Source of the DNA: an uncultured Candidatus Rokubacteria bacterium
Lineage (GTDB): Bacteria > Methylomirabilota > Methylomirabilia > Rokubacteriales > CSP1-6
NCBI GenBank assembly: GCA_963789955.1
Contig: CAWBMV010000022.1
Coordinates: 554,471 to 618,470, forward strand
Reading direction: 5' to 3'
Length of the DNA: 64,000 nucleotides
Shown here: positions 1 to 9,484 of the stretch, in pieces
How positions within the stretch are numbered: the stretch's first letter is position 1
Layout: each line of letters starts with the position of its first letter
The notes under the pieces: generated by a model
What the model saw: only the letters and a program-made list of their open reading frames with translations
Told to the model about the DNA's origin: nothing
The model's database searches: none
Translations under genes and position numbers: made by a program

Positions 1-472
1 CGCCCGACGATCCGCCGGGCGCGCGCGTCACGTCCCACGGATTGTTCGTCGTCCCGTAGATCGCGTTGTAGCTCTGCCAGTCGGCCAGAAACAGCGGCAC
101 GTTCGTCTTGCCGAAGAGCACGACGCCGGCGCCGAGCAGCCGGTCGACGGCGACCGCGTTCTTCGTCGCGACGTTCTTGGCGTACGCGGGCACGCCCCAG
201 GTCGTCGGCAGGCCCGCGACGTCGTACGACTCCTTGATCGTCATCGGCACGCCGTGCAGCGGCCCCCACACTTGGCGTCGCGCCAGCGCCCGGTCGGCCG
301 CACGCGCGCGGGTGCGCGCGCGCTCGAAGTCGCGAACGACGACGGCATTCAGGGCACCGTCGTACTTTTCGACCCGGGCCAGGTAGAGGTCCAGCAGCTC
401 CAGGCAGCCGATCTTTTTCTTGCGGACGTCCGCGGCGAGCTGCTTGGCGGAGCGGAAGGGGATATCGAGCAT
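1..472 (-). CDS. Amidase signature family protein (C-terminus runs off window start)
   Basis: Manual translation: MLDIPFRSAKQLAADVRKKKIGCLELLDLYLARVEKYDGALNAVV...GPLHGVPMTIKES...FGKTNVP...YGTTNNPWDVTRAPGGSSG (amidase signature). Confidence 0.9.
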   Translation of the reverse strand, partial: MLDIPFRSAKQLAADVRKKKIGCLELLDLYLARVEKYDGALNAVVVRDFERARTRARAADRALARRQVWGPLHGVPMTIKESYDVAGLPTTWGVPAYAKNVATKNAVAVDRLLGAGVVLFGKTNVPLFLADWQSYNAIYGTTNNPWDVTRAPGGSSG

Positions 473-524
473 GGCCGGCCTCCGCGAAGTATACTGCGCT
501 TCCTATGAACAGATCGGAGCGCCC

Positions 525-1289
525 GTGACCGAGTCGATCCGGCCGCATCCCGTCCTGGAAGAGTATTACCCGGTCCAGTCCGACCGCCAGTCGTTCGTCG
601 ACGAGCTGTTCAACGGCTCCGCCAAGTATTACAACCACATCGGGCGGATGCTCGATTGGGGCTCTGGGCCCATGTACCGCCGCCAGGCGCTCCAGCGCGC
701 CGGGCTCAAGAAGGGCATGCGGCTCCTGGACGTCGCGACCGGCACCGGTCTGGTGGCCCTCGGGGGGGGCCAGGTGGTTGGCGATCCCCGGCGGGTGGTC
801 GGCATCGACCCGAACAGCGAGATGCTGCGCGAGGCGCGGATGGCGCTGTCGAGCCCGCTGGTTCGGGGTCGGGCCGAGATTCTGCCGTTCCGGTCCGACA
901 CCTTCGACATGCTCAGCATGGGCTTCGCCTTGCGCCACGTCGAAGATCTCGAAATCGCCTTCCGCGAATACCGGCGTGTCCTGAAGCCCGGCGGACGCAT
1001 GCTGCTCATCGAGGTGTCGCGTCCGAAGTCGCGGATCATGCGATGGGTGATCCGGACCCACTTCCAGCGTGTCTTGCCGTGGCTGGCGCGTGTCACGACC
1101 CGGAGCGAGCCGGCGCAGCTCCTGATGAAATTCTACTGGGACACGATCGACCAGTGCGTCCCGCCGGACACGATCCTCGACGTGCTGCGGCGTAACGGCT
1201 TCGTCGACCTGAAGCGGCGAGTGTGGTGCGGTTTTCTCAGCGAGTACGTCGCCGTCAAGTCCCGCGGATCGGCGCCGTCACCCGCCTGA
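525..1289 (+). CDS. Class I SAM-dependent methyltransferase, UbiE/MenG-like
   Basis: LLDVATGTG motif I, FDMLSMGFALRHV, RVLKPGG; GTG start after GGAG. Confidence 0.85.
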   Translation: MTESIRPHPVLEEYYPVQSDRQSFVDELFNGSAKYYNHIGRMLDWGSGPMYRRQALQRAGLKKGMRLLDVATGTGLVALGGGQVVGDPRRVVGIDPNSEMLREARMALSSPLVRGRAEILPFRSDTFDMLSMGFALRHVEDLEIAFREYRRVLKPGGRMLLIEVSRPKSRIMRWVIRTHFQRVLPWLARVTTRSEPAQLLMKFYWDTIDQCVPPDTILDVLRRNGFVDLKRRVWCGFLSEYVAVKSRGSAPSPA

Positions 1290-1299
1290 GGCTCGACCC

Positions 1300-2613
1300 T
1301 CAGCGGATGGCGAGATCCGCCGGGTCGACGCCGCGCAAGCCGTAGCGGCCCAGAAAGCGCAGGAGGCCGCGACTGTAGCGCGATGTGGTCGCGGCACCGC
1401 TGGCCAGGAGCCCCACGTGCTTCGCGATGTGCGTCTGCATCGCGCGCTTGACCGCCCCGGGATTCTCCGGCATCCAGGACTTCCCGGCCTGGATCAGCGC
1501 CGCCAGCCGACCGTCGTAGAGGTACGCGACCAGCTCGAGCCAGGCCGTCAGCATCGCGTTCTGACTGGCCGCGTATGACGTCAGCACGGAGTCGAGCTCG
1601 GCGGGCGAGGGGATCGCGCGCCGCCGCAGCCAGGGCGTGAGCGCGTCGGCCAGCTGCTCGGACGAGCGGAGCGCCAGGAACACGCCCGGCGACAGCATCG
1701 GATCGACGAAGCCGAACGAGTCGCCGACCATCGCCCAGCCGCGCCCGAAGCCGCGCTCGGAGATCAGCTGGTAGTTGGCGTAGGTCGCGACGTCCGTGAC
1801 GCGCCGACCTTCGCCGGCGATGAACGTGAGCCCCGGGTCGATCGCGATGGCGCGCTCGAGCCGCTCCTCCGGCGTGCGCCCCAGGCGCGCCGCGTCGTCC
1901 TGGCCCAGCACGATGCCGATCGAGAGCCGCTCCTGGAGCGGGATGCACCAGCTCCAGCCCGCCTCGCCCCGAGCGATCCGCACCTGGCCCGGCACGTCGT
2001 CCCAGCGGCATCCCTCGAAGTGGGCGAAGTGCGCGACGTCCTTGCGAGGCCCGAGCCGCGCCGGAATGCCGAGCGCGCGAGCCGCGAGTCGGGCGCGTCC
2101 GGTCGCGTCGACGATCAGCTCCGGCTGCTCTCCGGAAAGCGCCGGCGCCGACCTGAGCGTCTCGGGACTCAGCTGGAGCTCCGCCCGCGCCTCAGCCGAC
2201 GGACTCGGCACCAGTTGCGCTCGCCCGGTCACGTAGTCGACGCCCGACGCGATCGCCTTGGCGAGCAGCGCGTCGTCGAAATGCGGCCGCGGGACGTTGT
2301 AGGCGTACGGGAAGACGGCGGGCGCGAAGCGATTGAAGGTGACGCTCACCCGATCCGACCCAGACCAGACGAACGAGACGCCGGGCTTCACGCGGCTGAA
2401 GCTGGCCGTTTCCTTTTCCAGATCGAGCCGCTGCAGGATCGGGATCACCGCGGGGACGAGCGACTCGCCGACGAGCAGCTCCGGGCGGCGTCCGTCGTCG
2501 AAGAGCGTCACGGCGGCGCCCTCGCGCGCCAACAAGATGGCCAGGGCGGAGCCGGCAGGTCCGGCGCCGACGATGGCGACGCGCAGCCGCCGAATCCCGT
2601 TGTTGTCGCTCAC
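1300..2613 (-). CDS. Flavin-dependent halogenase-like FAD oxidoreductase
   Basis: GAGPAG, VGESLVP, RVKPG (Lys), WSWCIP (WxWxIP), GDSFGFVDPMLSPG; GTG start overlaps the upstream stop (GTGA). Confidence 0.8.
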   Translation of the reverse strand: MSDNNGIRRLRVAIVGAGPAGSALAILLAREGAAVTLFDDGRRPELLVGESLVPAVIPILQRLDLEKETASFSRVKPGVSFVWSGSDRVSVTFNRFAPAVFPYAYNVPRPHFDDALLAKAIASGVDYVTGRAQLVPSPSAEARAELQLSPETLRSAPALSGEQPELIVDATGRARLAARALGIPARLGPRKDVAHFAHFEGCRWDDVPGQVRIARGEAGWSWCIPLQERLSIGIVLGQDDAARLGRTPEERLERAIAIDPGLTFIAGEGRRVTDVATYANYQLISERGFGRGWAMVGDSFGFVDPMLSPGVFLALRSSEQLADALTPWLRRRAIPSPAELDSVLTSYAASQNAMLTAWLELVAYLYDGRLAALIQAGKSWMPENPGAVKRAMQTHIAKHVGLLASGAATTSRYSRGLLRFLGRYGLRGVDPADLAIR

Positions 2614-3932
2614 GGCGCGATCCTCCATCCCATGGCTTCGCGAATCACCTCGAGAATTCTGTCTGCCTCGGCCTCGGACACGACGCCCTCGATCCACGAC
2701 ACGACGAGGTTGTTCCGGCCGCCGCAGCGATTGAAGAATACTCCGATCCCCGGTCGCGGGGGAACCACCGGCACATGGTACGCGTTGACGACCTTGCGTC
2801 CGAAGCATTCGGCGAGCGCGTCCGGCCAGTCGGCGAGGTCGGCGCAGTTGAACGAGAACAGCTCCCCGCTCGCCGTCCACGGAAGCACCCGCAGCATCCG
2901 CGACAGGGGCTGGTACTGCAGGAACTCCAGCGCGACCTGGTTGGCCTCGATCTGTCCGTCGCGGACCGCCTCGGCCATCTGACGACGAAGCGTCCGCGCC
3001 AGCGCGGGCACGTCCGCGGTCTCGGCGGGCTGGAATCGCGCGAAGTGGAACGCGAGGTGATTCCCAAAGGTCGCGCCCAGCTCTCCCTTCGGGCGCACGT
3101 CGACCGAGATCGGCAGCAGGCACGGGACCTCGGGTGTCCTTCGCCGGCGCGCGAGCTCCGCCATCGCCTTGCCGACCACCGCGACGCGCCAGCAGATCTC
3201 CCGTGTCGCGCGCTGGTCGGTCGAGTCGGGAGCGACGTAGCTCTGCCGGCGGAAGCAGGCTCGGCCCGGCGGCAGCGGCGGGCCCCCGGGTGAGACCGGC
3301 GGCACGGGTGCGAGCGTCCGCAGATATTTCAGGCTGCCGCCGGCGATGCGGCCGCGCGCGACGAGCGAGCGGCGGTCTTGCTCGGACACGAATGCGGGCG
3401 GCGTGTCGCCCCAGGGCGTGTCCTCGTGCCGGTCGAGCTCGTTGAGGTGCGTCAGGAGAATCTCTCCCCCGCGCGCGTCCATGAGCGGATGAAACCAGGT
3501 CAGCACGAGGACGCTCGACGGCGTGGGACGCGCGGACGAGTCCTCGACGATCAGCATGCGCAGCGGCGCCTCGCGTCGCGGCTCGATGGCGCGGTTGAGC
3601 TCGGCCGTCAGCTCGCGCGGGAGCTGCTCGCGCGCGGTGATGGTGACGCGACGGAGCGACGGGCGCTCGAGCGTCTCGCGCGCTCCGGCGACCCAGTGCA
3701 GCTTGCCCCAGGGGAAGGGACGCGTGAGCCGCGCCGAGGGCCAGGGGCACACGTCGAGAAATCGATCCCAGGCGCGCGTGATGCGGCTCGCGTCGATCCG
3801 GCCGTCGCACTCGACGACGAGCGACGTGTTGTGGCCGAGCCCCACGCCTTTCCACCGAGGGTGGTGCGCCAGCAGGACGAGATCCGCCCCGCGCAGGGGC
3901 AGTCGGCGCACGTCTCGCTTCAGCGCGGGCAA
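2610..3932 (-). CDS. Condensation-domain/CAT-fold acyltransferase-like protein (HxxxD)
   Basis: APLRMLIVE...LVLTWFHPLMDARGGE, LLPISVDVRP, FGNH, C-terminal FFNRCGGRNNLVVSW; start uncertain (TTG after AAGGA). Confidence 0.6.
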   Translation of the reverse strand: MPALKRDVRRLPLRGADLVLLAHHPRWKGVGLGHNTSLVVECDGRIDASRITRAWDRFLDVCPWPSARLTRPFPWGKLHWVAGARETLERPSLRRVTITAREQLPRELTAELNRAIEPRREAPLRMLIVEDSSARPTPSSVLVLTWFHPLMDARGGEILLTHLNELDRHEDTPWGDTPPAFVSEQDRRSLVARGRIAGGSLKYLRTLAPVPPVSPGGPPLPPGRACFRRQSYVAPDSTDQRATREICWRVAVVGKAMAELARRRRTPEVPCLLPISVDVRPKGELGATFGNHLAFHFARFQPAETADVPALARTLRRQMAEAVRDGQIEANQVALEFLQYQPLSRMLRVLPWTASGELFSFNCADLADWPDALAECFGRKVVNAYHVPVVPPRPGIGVFFNRCGGRNNLVVSWIEGVVSEAEADRILEVIREAMGWRIAP

Positions 3933-4042
3933 TGGAGTTCCTTCAGCGAATCGTCTCCTGATACCGGCCAGGACTCTGACCCGGCTTGCAGGGCATGTCA
4001 AGGGACCCTACACTCTGCGCGGAGTACCAGAAGGAGCGAGCG

Positions 4043-5041
4043 ATGGGCGACGTCGGTCTCATGGGCATGCATGTGCCGGGCATGTCGTGGCGCGAGACGC
4101 GCGAGGCGGCCGTACTGGCCGAGGAGCTCGGCTACAGCTGCATCACGATGGGTGAATCGTGGGGCGAGGACGCGCTGACCTCGCTGGCACAGCTCGCGGC
4201 CGTGACCTCACGCATTCGAATCGGCAGCAGCATCGTGCCGGTCTTCGCGCGCTCGCCCGCGAATCTGGCGATGACCGCGCTGAACCTCGACCGCATGAGC
4301 GGCGGACGCTTCTTCCTGGGGCTCGGCACCAGCGGCCGTCTGGTGATCGAGGACTTCCACGGCGAGAAGTTCGCGAAGCCGCTGACGCGGATGCGAGAGT
4401 ACATCGACATCGTCCGCAAGGCCGCGCGCGGCGAGCGGCTCGATCACGACGGGGAGTTCTTCCACACCAAGCGCTTCCAGCTCCGGTTCACGCCGCACCG
4501 GGCGAGCCTGCCGATCTACATCGCCGCGCTGAGCCCGCCGAGCCTGCGCATGACCGGTGAGCTCGCCGACGGCTGGCTCCCCATTTTCCTCGCACCCTCG
4601 CGCATGGCCGCGGCCGTGGTCGAGCTCGAGGCCGGGGCCGCGGCGGCCGGCCGCTCGCGGCGCGATCTCGCGATCTCGCCGCAGGTGTCGATCTACGTGA
4701 CCGACGACGTCGCGGCGGCGCGCGATCGCGAGCGACCGCACATCGCCTTTTATATCGGGGGCATGGGCGTGTTCTATCACCAGTACATGCAGCGGATCGG
4801 CTTCGGCGCCGAGGCCGACCGGGTCCGCGAGGCCTTCCAGGCGCGCGAGCGCGACCGGGCCGCGAAGCTGGTCACCGACGAGATGGTCGACGCGATGACG
4901 ATCCTCGGCTCGCCCAAGCAGTGCCGCGATCAGATCCAGCGGTTCTTCGACGCCGGCGTGCAGGAGGTCAGGCTCGTCTTCAACGAGCCCAACAAGGACG
5001 CCTACCTCACGGCGCTCCGGGCGGTCGCTCCCCGAGGCTAG
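4043..5041 (+). CDS. LLM-class flavin/F420-dependent oxidoreductase
   Basis: AEELGY...GESWGEDA, TSRIRIGSSI, SGGRFFLGLG, PIYIAA, ADGW. Confidence 0.9.
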   Translation: MGDVGLMGMHVPGMSWRETREAAVLAEELGYSCITMGESWGEDALTSLAQLAAVTSRIRIGSSIVPVFARSPANLAMTALNLDRMSGGRFFLGLGTSGRLVIEDFHGEKFAKPLTRMREYIDIVRKAARGERLDHDGEFFHTKRFQLRFTPHRASLPIYIAALSPPSLRMTGELADGWLPIFLAPSRMAAAVVELEAGAAAAGRSRRDLAISPQVSIYVTDDVAAARDRERPHIAFYIGGMGVFYHQYMQRIGFGAEADRVREAFQARERDRAAKLVTDEMVDAMTILGSPKQCRDQIQRFFDAGVQEVRLVFNEPNKDAYLTALRAVAPRG

Positions 5042-5053
5042 AGGGGTGAACCC

Positions 5054-6061
5054 ATGAAATTCGGTCTCTACAGCTCGATCGCGAATCCGCCGCGGGGCGA
5101 GCACCTCGATCGCTGCATCGACGAAACTATCGCTGAGGCCCAGCTCGCCGAAGCGAGCGGCTTCGATTCGTGTTTCTTCGGCGAGCACCATCAAGATCAC
5201 GACGGGTTCCTGCCTTCGCCGCTCATCGTCGCCACCGCCGTCGCCGCGCGCACGCACCGTCTCCGCGTCGGCACCTCGGTGATCCTGCTGCCGCTCCACC
5301 ATCCGGTGCATGTGGCCGAGGACGCAATCACCCTGGACCTCGTGTCCAAGGGGCGCCTCATCCTCGGCGTCGGCATCGGCTACCAGCCGGCCGATTTTCG
5401 CGCGTTCTCGGTGCCGATGGAGCACCGAATGACCTTGTTCGAAGAGAGCGTCGAGATCATGCGTCTCTGCTGGGCAGGGGAGACGTTTTCGTATCGAGGC
5501 AAGCACTACACACTCGAGAACGTCCAGATTCGCCCGCGGCCCTATCAGAAGTCGGGCCCGCCGCTCTGGTTCGGCGCCAGCGTGCCGGCGGCGGCGCGAC
5601 GGGCCGGCCGGCTCGCCGACGGATTCGTCGGCACGCCCAGCACCAGCCTGACGAACGCGACGGAGCTGGCCGACATATATAAGGACGCGGCGCGGACGGC
5701 CGGGCGCACGGCCGAGGTCGTGCAGATGCGCGATGCATGGGCCGCGCGCACCCGCGCGGAGGCCGACGAGGTGTACGGCCCGCACGTGATGGCCGCCTAT
5801 CGATATTACTGGGAGGCGCGGCTGGCCGAGTTCCAGAACATGCCGCCCGACACGAAGTTCACCCTGGAGAACCTGGCTCCCGACCGGTTGATCCTCGGCG
5901 ACCCCGAGGCGTGCGTGAAGGAGTTCCAGCGCTGGCAGAAGGCGACCGGCGCCAGCACCTTTCTGCTCAGGCTGCGCCACGCCCATTCGGGCGGGCCGCC
6001 GCACCCGAAGATCATGGAAGCGATCAGACTGTTCGGCGAGCGCGTTCTGCCCTATTGTTAG
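5054..6061 (+). CDS. LLM-class flavin-dependent monooxygenase
   Basis: AEASGFD...GEHH, LPSP, HHPVHVAE, LDLVSKGRLILGVGIGY, PRPYQ. Confidence 0.9.
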   Translation: MKFGLYSSIANPPRGEHLDRCIDETIAEAQLAEASGFDSCFFGEHHQDHDGFLPSPLIVATAVAARTHRLRVGTSVILLPLHHPVHVAEDAITLDLVSKGRLILGVGIGYQPADFRAFSVPMEHRMTLFEESVEIMRLCWAGETFSYRGKHYTLENVQIRPRPYQKSGPPLWFGASVPAAARRAGRLADGFVGTPSTSLTNATELADIYKDAARTAGRTAEVVQMRDAWAARTRAEADEVYGPHVMAAYRYYWEARLAEFQNMPPDTKFTLENLAPDRLILGDPEACVKEFQRWQKATGASTFLLRLRHAHSGGPPHPKIMEAIRLFGERVLPYC

Positions 6062-6100
6062 GCACGTTGTTACGCACGCCGGGGCCGATTTCGTTCGAGG

Positions 6101-6130
6101 TTGACGGTTATCGGAGCGCTTTGCTAGTGT
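6101..6130 (+). promoter_or_regulatory. Putative sigma70 promoter for the riboswitch leader
   Basis: TTGACG-18 nt-TAGTGT with TG extended -10, ending about 12 nt before riboswitch P1. Confidence 0.45.
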
Positions 6131-6142
6131 TTTTCTGTTGCG

Positions 6143-6300
6143 CGCGCCCGGGTGCCCGTTTGGGCCCAGGGAAGGCGGTGCGAATCCGCCGCGACCCCGT
6201 CACTGTAACCGGGGACGAAACCCGAAAGAGCCACTGGCGATTTGCTGGGAAGGCCCGGGGAGTAGGACGATCCGGAAGCCAGGAGACCTACCCGGGCGCG
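6143..6300 (+). ncRNA. Cobalamin (B12) riboswitch
   Basis: Conserved elements in order: GGTG, AGGGAA-GGCGGTG-CG-AATCCGCC, CCCCGTCACTGT, GCCACTG...GGGAAG, B12 box AGCCAGGAGACC; closing helix CGCGCCCGGG/CCCGGGCGCG. Confidence 0.92.
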
Positions 6301-6311
6301 AACCCGAAACC

Positions 6312-6329
6312 GGTCTTCGAGGGAGGACC
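6312..6329 (+). promoter_or_regulatory. RBS-sequestering hairpin (riboswitch expression platform)
   Basis: GGTCTTC/GAGGACC stem covers the GGAGGA Shine-Dalgarno upstream of ATG 6339. Confidence 0.55.
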
Positions 6330-6338
6330 AGGGATCAG

Positions 6339-6680
6339 ATGATCTTTCCCCAGAACGTCAGTGCGCGGCGCGCCGCGGAGGTGCTGCACCGTGTCTTCGA
6401 CGGAATTCCCGGCGGCTTTGCCTTTCGCCTCTGGGACGGATCGGTCGTGAACCTCGGTGGTGGCACGCCCGTGTGCACGGCCGTCGTTCACCAGCCGCAG
6501 ACCTTCATCCGACTCATTCGTGACCCGACGCCGCTCACCTTCGCCGAGGCCTACGTCGACGGCTCCATCGACCTCGAGGGCGATCTGTTCGACGCCATGA
6601 GCGTCGCGAACTCGATCGAAGAGATTCGCGTGCCGTTCGTGGAGCGGTTGCGCGTCCTCTTCACTCTCTGGCGTGGCTGA
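6339..6680 (+). CDS. Stand-alone N-terminal (lipid-binding) domain of Cfa-type methyltransferase
   Basis: FAFRLWDGS...PLTFAEAYVDGSIDLEGDLFDAM matches the Cfa N-terminal pattern; own stop overlaps the next start. Confidence 0.75.
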   Translation: MIFPQNVSARRAAEVLHRVFDGIPGGFAFRLWDGSVVNLGGGTPVCTAVVHQPQTFIRLIRDPTPLTFAEAYVDGSIDLEGDLFDAMSVANSIEEIRVPFVERLRVLFTLWRG

Positions 6681-7809
6681 CGTGGCCCAGCACGACGTCA
6701 TCGTGGTCGGTGGCGGGCCGGGCGGCAGCACCGCGGCATGGCGGCTCGCGCGGGCCGGCTTTCGCCCGCTGCTTCTGGACGCCGCGGTCTTTCCACGGGT
6801 GAAGATCTGCGCCGGGTGGGTCACCCCCGAAGCGCTTGCCGACGCCCAGGTCGATCCTCAGAAGTATCCGCTGACCATCCAGGCGTTCTCGGCATGCCGG
6901 TTCGAGTTCGACGGCGCGCGCACCGAGACGCGGTGGCAGCGGCCAGCCAGCTACGGGATCCTCCGCCGGGAGTTCGACCACTATCTGCTCGACCGCGCCC
7001 GCGCCGCCGGCGTCGACGTGCGCGAAGGAGCCCGGGTGACCGAGGTGGCGCAGGACGCCGACGGGATCCGGGTCGTGAGCCCGCACGGCACGTTCAGCGC
7101 GCCGCTCGTCATCGGCGCCGGGGGTCATCGCTGCCCGGTCGCTCAGGCGCTCGGGCAGGTGTCCGAGCAGGAAGAGGTCGTGATCGCGCAGGAGAGCGAG
7201 ACGCGGCTCACGCCCGAGCGCGTCGAGTCGCTCGGCAAGTGGTGGGAAGCCCCCGAGCTCTACGTCGAGCCGGATCTCAAAGGCTACGGCTGGTACTTCC
7301 CCAAGGGTGACGTCCTCAATGTCGGCGTCGGCTGCGTGTCGGGCCCCGGTGCGGATCTGCCGCGGCGGCGCGACGCGCTCGTGAGCGCGCTGCGGGCCGC
7401 GGGTCGGCTGCCGGCCGATCTCACTATCGAGCCGTTTCGCGGCCACGCCTACGTCGTGCGCCGCCGCGCGCCGCGCAAGCTCGCCGGCGACCGGTTCTGC
7501 CTCGTCGGCGACGCCGCGGGACTGGCGCGCGATCTGAGCGGCGAGGGGATCGGGCCGGCGATCAAGAGCGGGATCCTCGCCGCCGAGGCGGTCGAGGCGC
7601 GCCTGCGCACGGGCGCCGGCTTCGACGCGTATGCGGCCGCCATCGTGCGGCGGTACGGAACGGGAGAAACGGGGTGGCTCGGCCGCCAGCTCGCGCGGAT
7701 CCCCGATTCGTGGGCGCGGGTGTTCGTGCGCGCCATTCTCAACACGGAAGCCACGAGACGGCACGTCGTATTCGGACGCATCTTCGGGATGCGGGAGGTC
7801 GCATCGTGA
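6673..7809 (+). CDS. Geranylgeranyl-reductase-family FAD-dependent oxidoreductase
   Basis: DVIVVGGGPGGS, FPRVKICAG, RREFDHYL, GYGWYFPKG, LVGDAAG, GEGIGPAIKSG. Confidence 0.85.
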   Translation: MADVAQHDVIVVGGGPGGSTAAWRLARAGFRPLLLDAAVFPRVKICAGWVTPEALADAQVDPQKYPLTIQAFSACRFEFDGARTETRWQRPASYGILRREFDHYLLDRARAAGVDVREGARVTEVAQDADGIRVVSPHGTFSAPLVIGAGGHRCPVAQALGQVSEQEEVVIAQESETRLTPERVESLGKWWEAPELYVEPDLKGYGWYFPKGDVLNVGVGCVSGPGADLPRRRDALVSALRAAGRLPADLTIEPFRGHAYVVRRRAPRKLAGDRFCLVGDAAGLARDLSGEGIGPAIKSGILAAEAVEARLRTGAGFDAYAAAIVRRYGTGETGWLGRQLARIPDSWARVFVRAILNTEATRRHVVFGRIFGMREVAS

Positions 7810-8711
7810 GGGCACGCAGCAAGGAAGCGGACGCCAAGGCGATCTCGCACCACTACGACGTCTCCAACGAGTTCTACGCGCTGTTCCTCGACCCGCTGAT
7901 GGTCTACACCTGCGCCTACTATCGCGATCCCGACGGCAAGCTCGAGCAGGCCCAGCGCGACAAGCTCGAGCTGGTGTGCCGCAAGCTCGAGCTCGAGGCG
8001 GGCGAGACGTTGCTCGACATCGGGTGCGGCTGGGGCAGCCTGTCGATCTGGGCGGCCCAGCACTACGGGGTGCGCGCCCACGGCGTGACCCTGTCGAAGG
8101 CACAGGCCGACTACGCGACCGAGCGCATCCGCCAGGAAGGGCTCGAGGACCGCTGCAAGGTCGAATATCGGGACTACCGCGATCTGCCGCCGGACGTGCG
8201 CTTCGACAAGATCGCCGCGGTCGGGGTGATCGAGCACGTCGGCATTCCGAACTATCCCGCGTTCTTCGGCGGCGTTCACCGGATGTTGCGGGACGGCGGC
8301 CTCTATCTGAATCACGGCATCGTTCACGAGTTCCACTGGAAGGCGAGCAGCCAGACCGAGTTCCTCTATCGCCACGTCTTCCCGAACGGCGATCTGGCGG
8401 GGCTCAGCGAGACGATCACCGAGATCGAGCGCGCCGGCTTCGAGATCGTGGACGTCGAGGGGCTGCGGCTGCACTACGCGCGGACCTGCCGCCACTGGGT
8501 CGAGCGCCTGCGCGAGCGGGCCGACGAGGCGCGCGCGCTGGCCGGCGAGCGGACGTACCGGACCTGGCTTCTCTACCTGACGTGCTCGGCGGTCGCGTTT
8601 GCCGAGAGCTCCATCGGGCTCTACCAGGTCCTGACCAGAAAACAGCATGATCCCGTCGTGACTCGCGCGCCACACACGCGCGAGCACCTATACGGCAAGG
8701 CATTCCTGTGA
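7806..8711 (+). CDS. cfa: Cyclopropane-fatty-acyl-phospholipid synthase family methyltransferase, catalytic domain only
   Basis: ISHHYDVSNEFY, MVYTCAYY, LLDIGCGWG, GVTLSKAQ, IEHVG, VFPNG, HYART; GTG overlaps the upstream stop. Confidence 0.88.
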   Translation: MRARSKEADAKAISHHYDVSNEFYALFLDPLMVYTCAYYRDPDGKLEQAQRDKLELVCRKLELEAGETLLDIGCGWGSLSIWAAQHYGVRAHGVTLSKAQADYATERIRQEGLEDRCKVEYRDYRDLPPDVRFDKIAAVGVIEHVGIPNYPAFFGGVHRMLRDGGLYLNHGIVHEFHWKASSQTEFLYRHVFPNGDLAGLSETITEIERAGFEIVDVEGLRLHYARTCRHWVERLRERADEARALAGERTYRTWLLYLTCSAVAFAESSIGLYQVLTRKQHDPVVTRAPHTREHLYGKAFL

Positions 8712-8736
8712 CCCAACGACCGGAAAGGAAGATGCG

Positions 8737-9477
8737 TTGACTCGTCAGATCTTGATCATCACGATCGCGTCGTTCGTCCTGGCGGAGATTTCCACCTTCG
8801 CGACCTCCATCTATCTGCACCGCGCGCTGGCGCACCGATCGCTGTCCCTGCAGCCGGTGACGGCCCTGCTGTTCCGCGCGGCGCTCTGGCTCCTGACCGG
8901 TCAGAGCCAGCAGCAGTGGGTGGCGGTCCACCGTAAGCACCACACGTTCACCGACCGCGACGGCGACCCGCACAGTCCGCTGCTCCTGGGCTTCTGGAAG
9001 GTGCAGCTGTGGAACGCGTACTACTACATCCGCGAGGCCCGGCAGCCCAAGACCGTGGAGACCTTCGCGCCCGATCTGGCCCCCGACTGGTGGGAACGGC
9101 GCGTGTTCTCGTGGGGCTGGACCGGCCTCTTCCTCGGCACCGCGCTCGTCATGCTCGCCATCGGCTGGTGGCAGGGCATCCTGGCCATGATCGGCCACGG
9201 CATCATCTATATGTTCATCCTGGCGCCGCTGATCAACGGCCTCGGCCACTGGGCGGGCGGCCAGAACTTCCAGAACACGGCCTACAACTCGCGCGTGCTC
9301 GCGTGGCTGACCGGCGGCGAGAGCCTGCACAACAACCACCACGCGTTTCCGCGCTCGCCGAAGTTCAGCTTGCGGCGCTCGGAGCTCGATCCCTCGTGGG
9401 TCGCGATCCGGCTGCTGGCTGCCTTGCGTCTGGTGGCGATCGTCGGGGCGCCGCTGCGGGCGCGGACGACGCGCTAG
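8737..9477 (+). CDS. Membrane fatty-acid desaturase (delta-9/acyl-CoA type)
   Basis: Three His boxes HRALAH, HRKHH, HNNHH; GDPHSP; transmembrane segments. Confidence 0.9.
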   Translation: MTRQILIITIASFVLAEISTFATSIYLHRALAHRSLSLQPVTALLFRAALWLLTGQSQQQWVAVHRKHHTFTDRDGDPHSPLLLGFWKVQLWNAYYYIREARQPKTVETFAPDLAPDWWERRVFSWGWTGLFLGTALVMLAIGWWQGILAMIGHGIIYMFILAPLINGLGHWAGGQNFQNTAYNSRVLAWLTGGESLHNNHHAFPRSPKFSLRRSELDPSWVAIRLLAALRLVAIVGAPLRARTTR

Positions 9478-9484
9478 GACGGCG

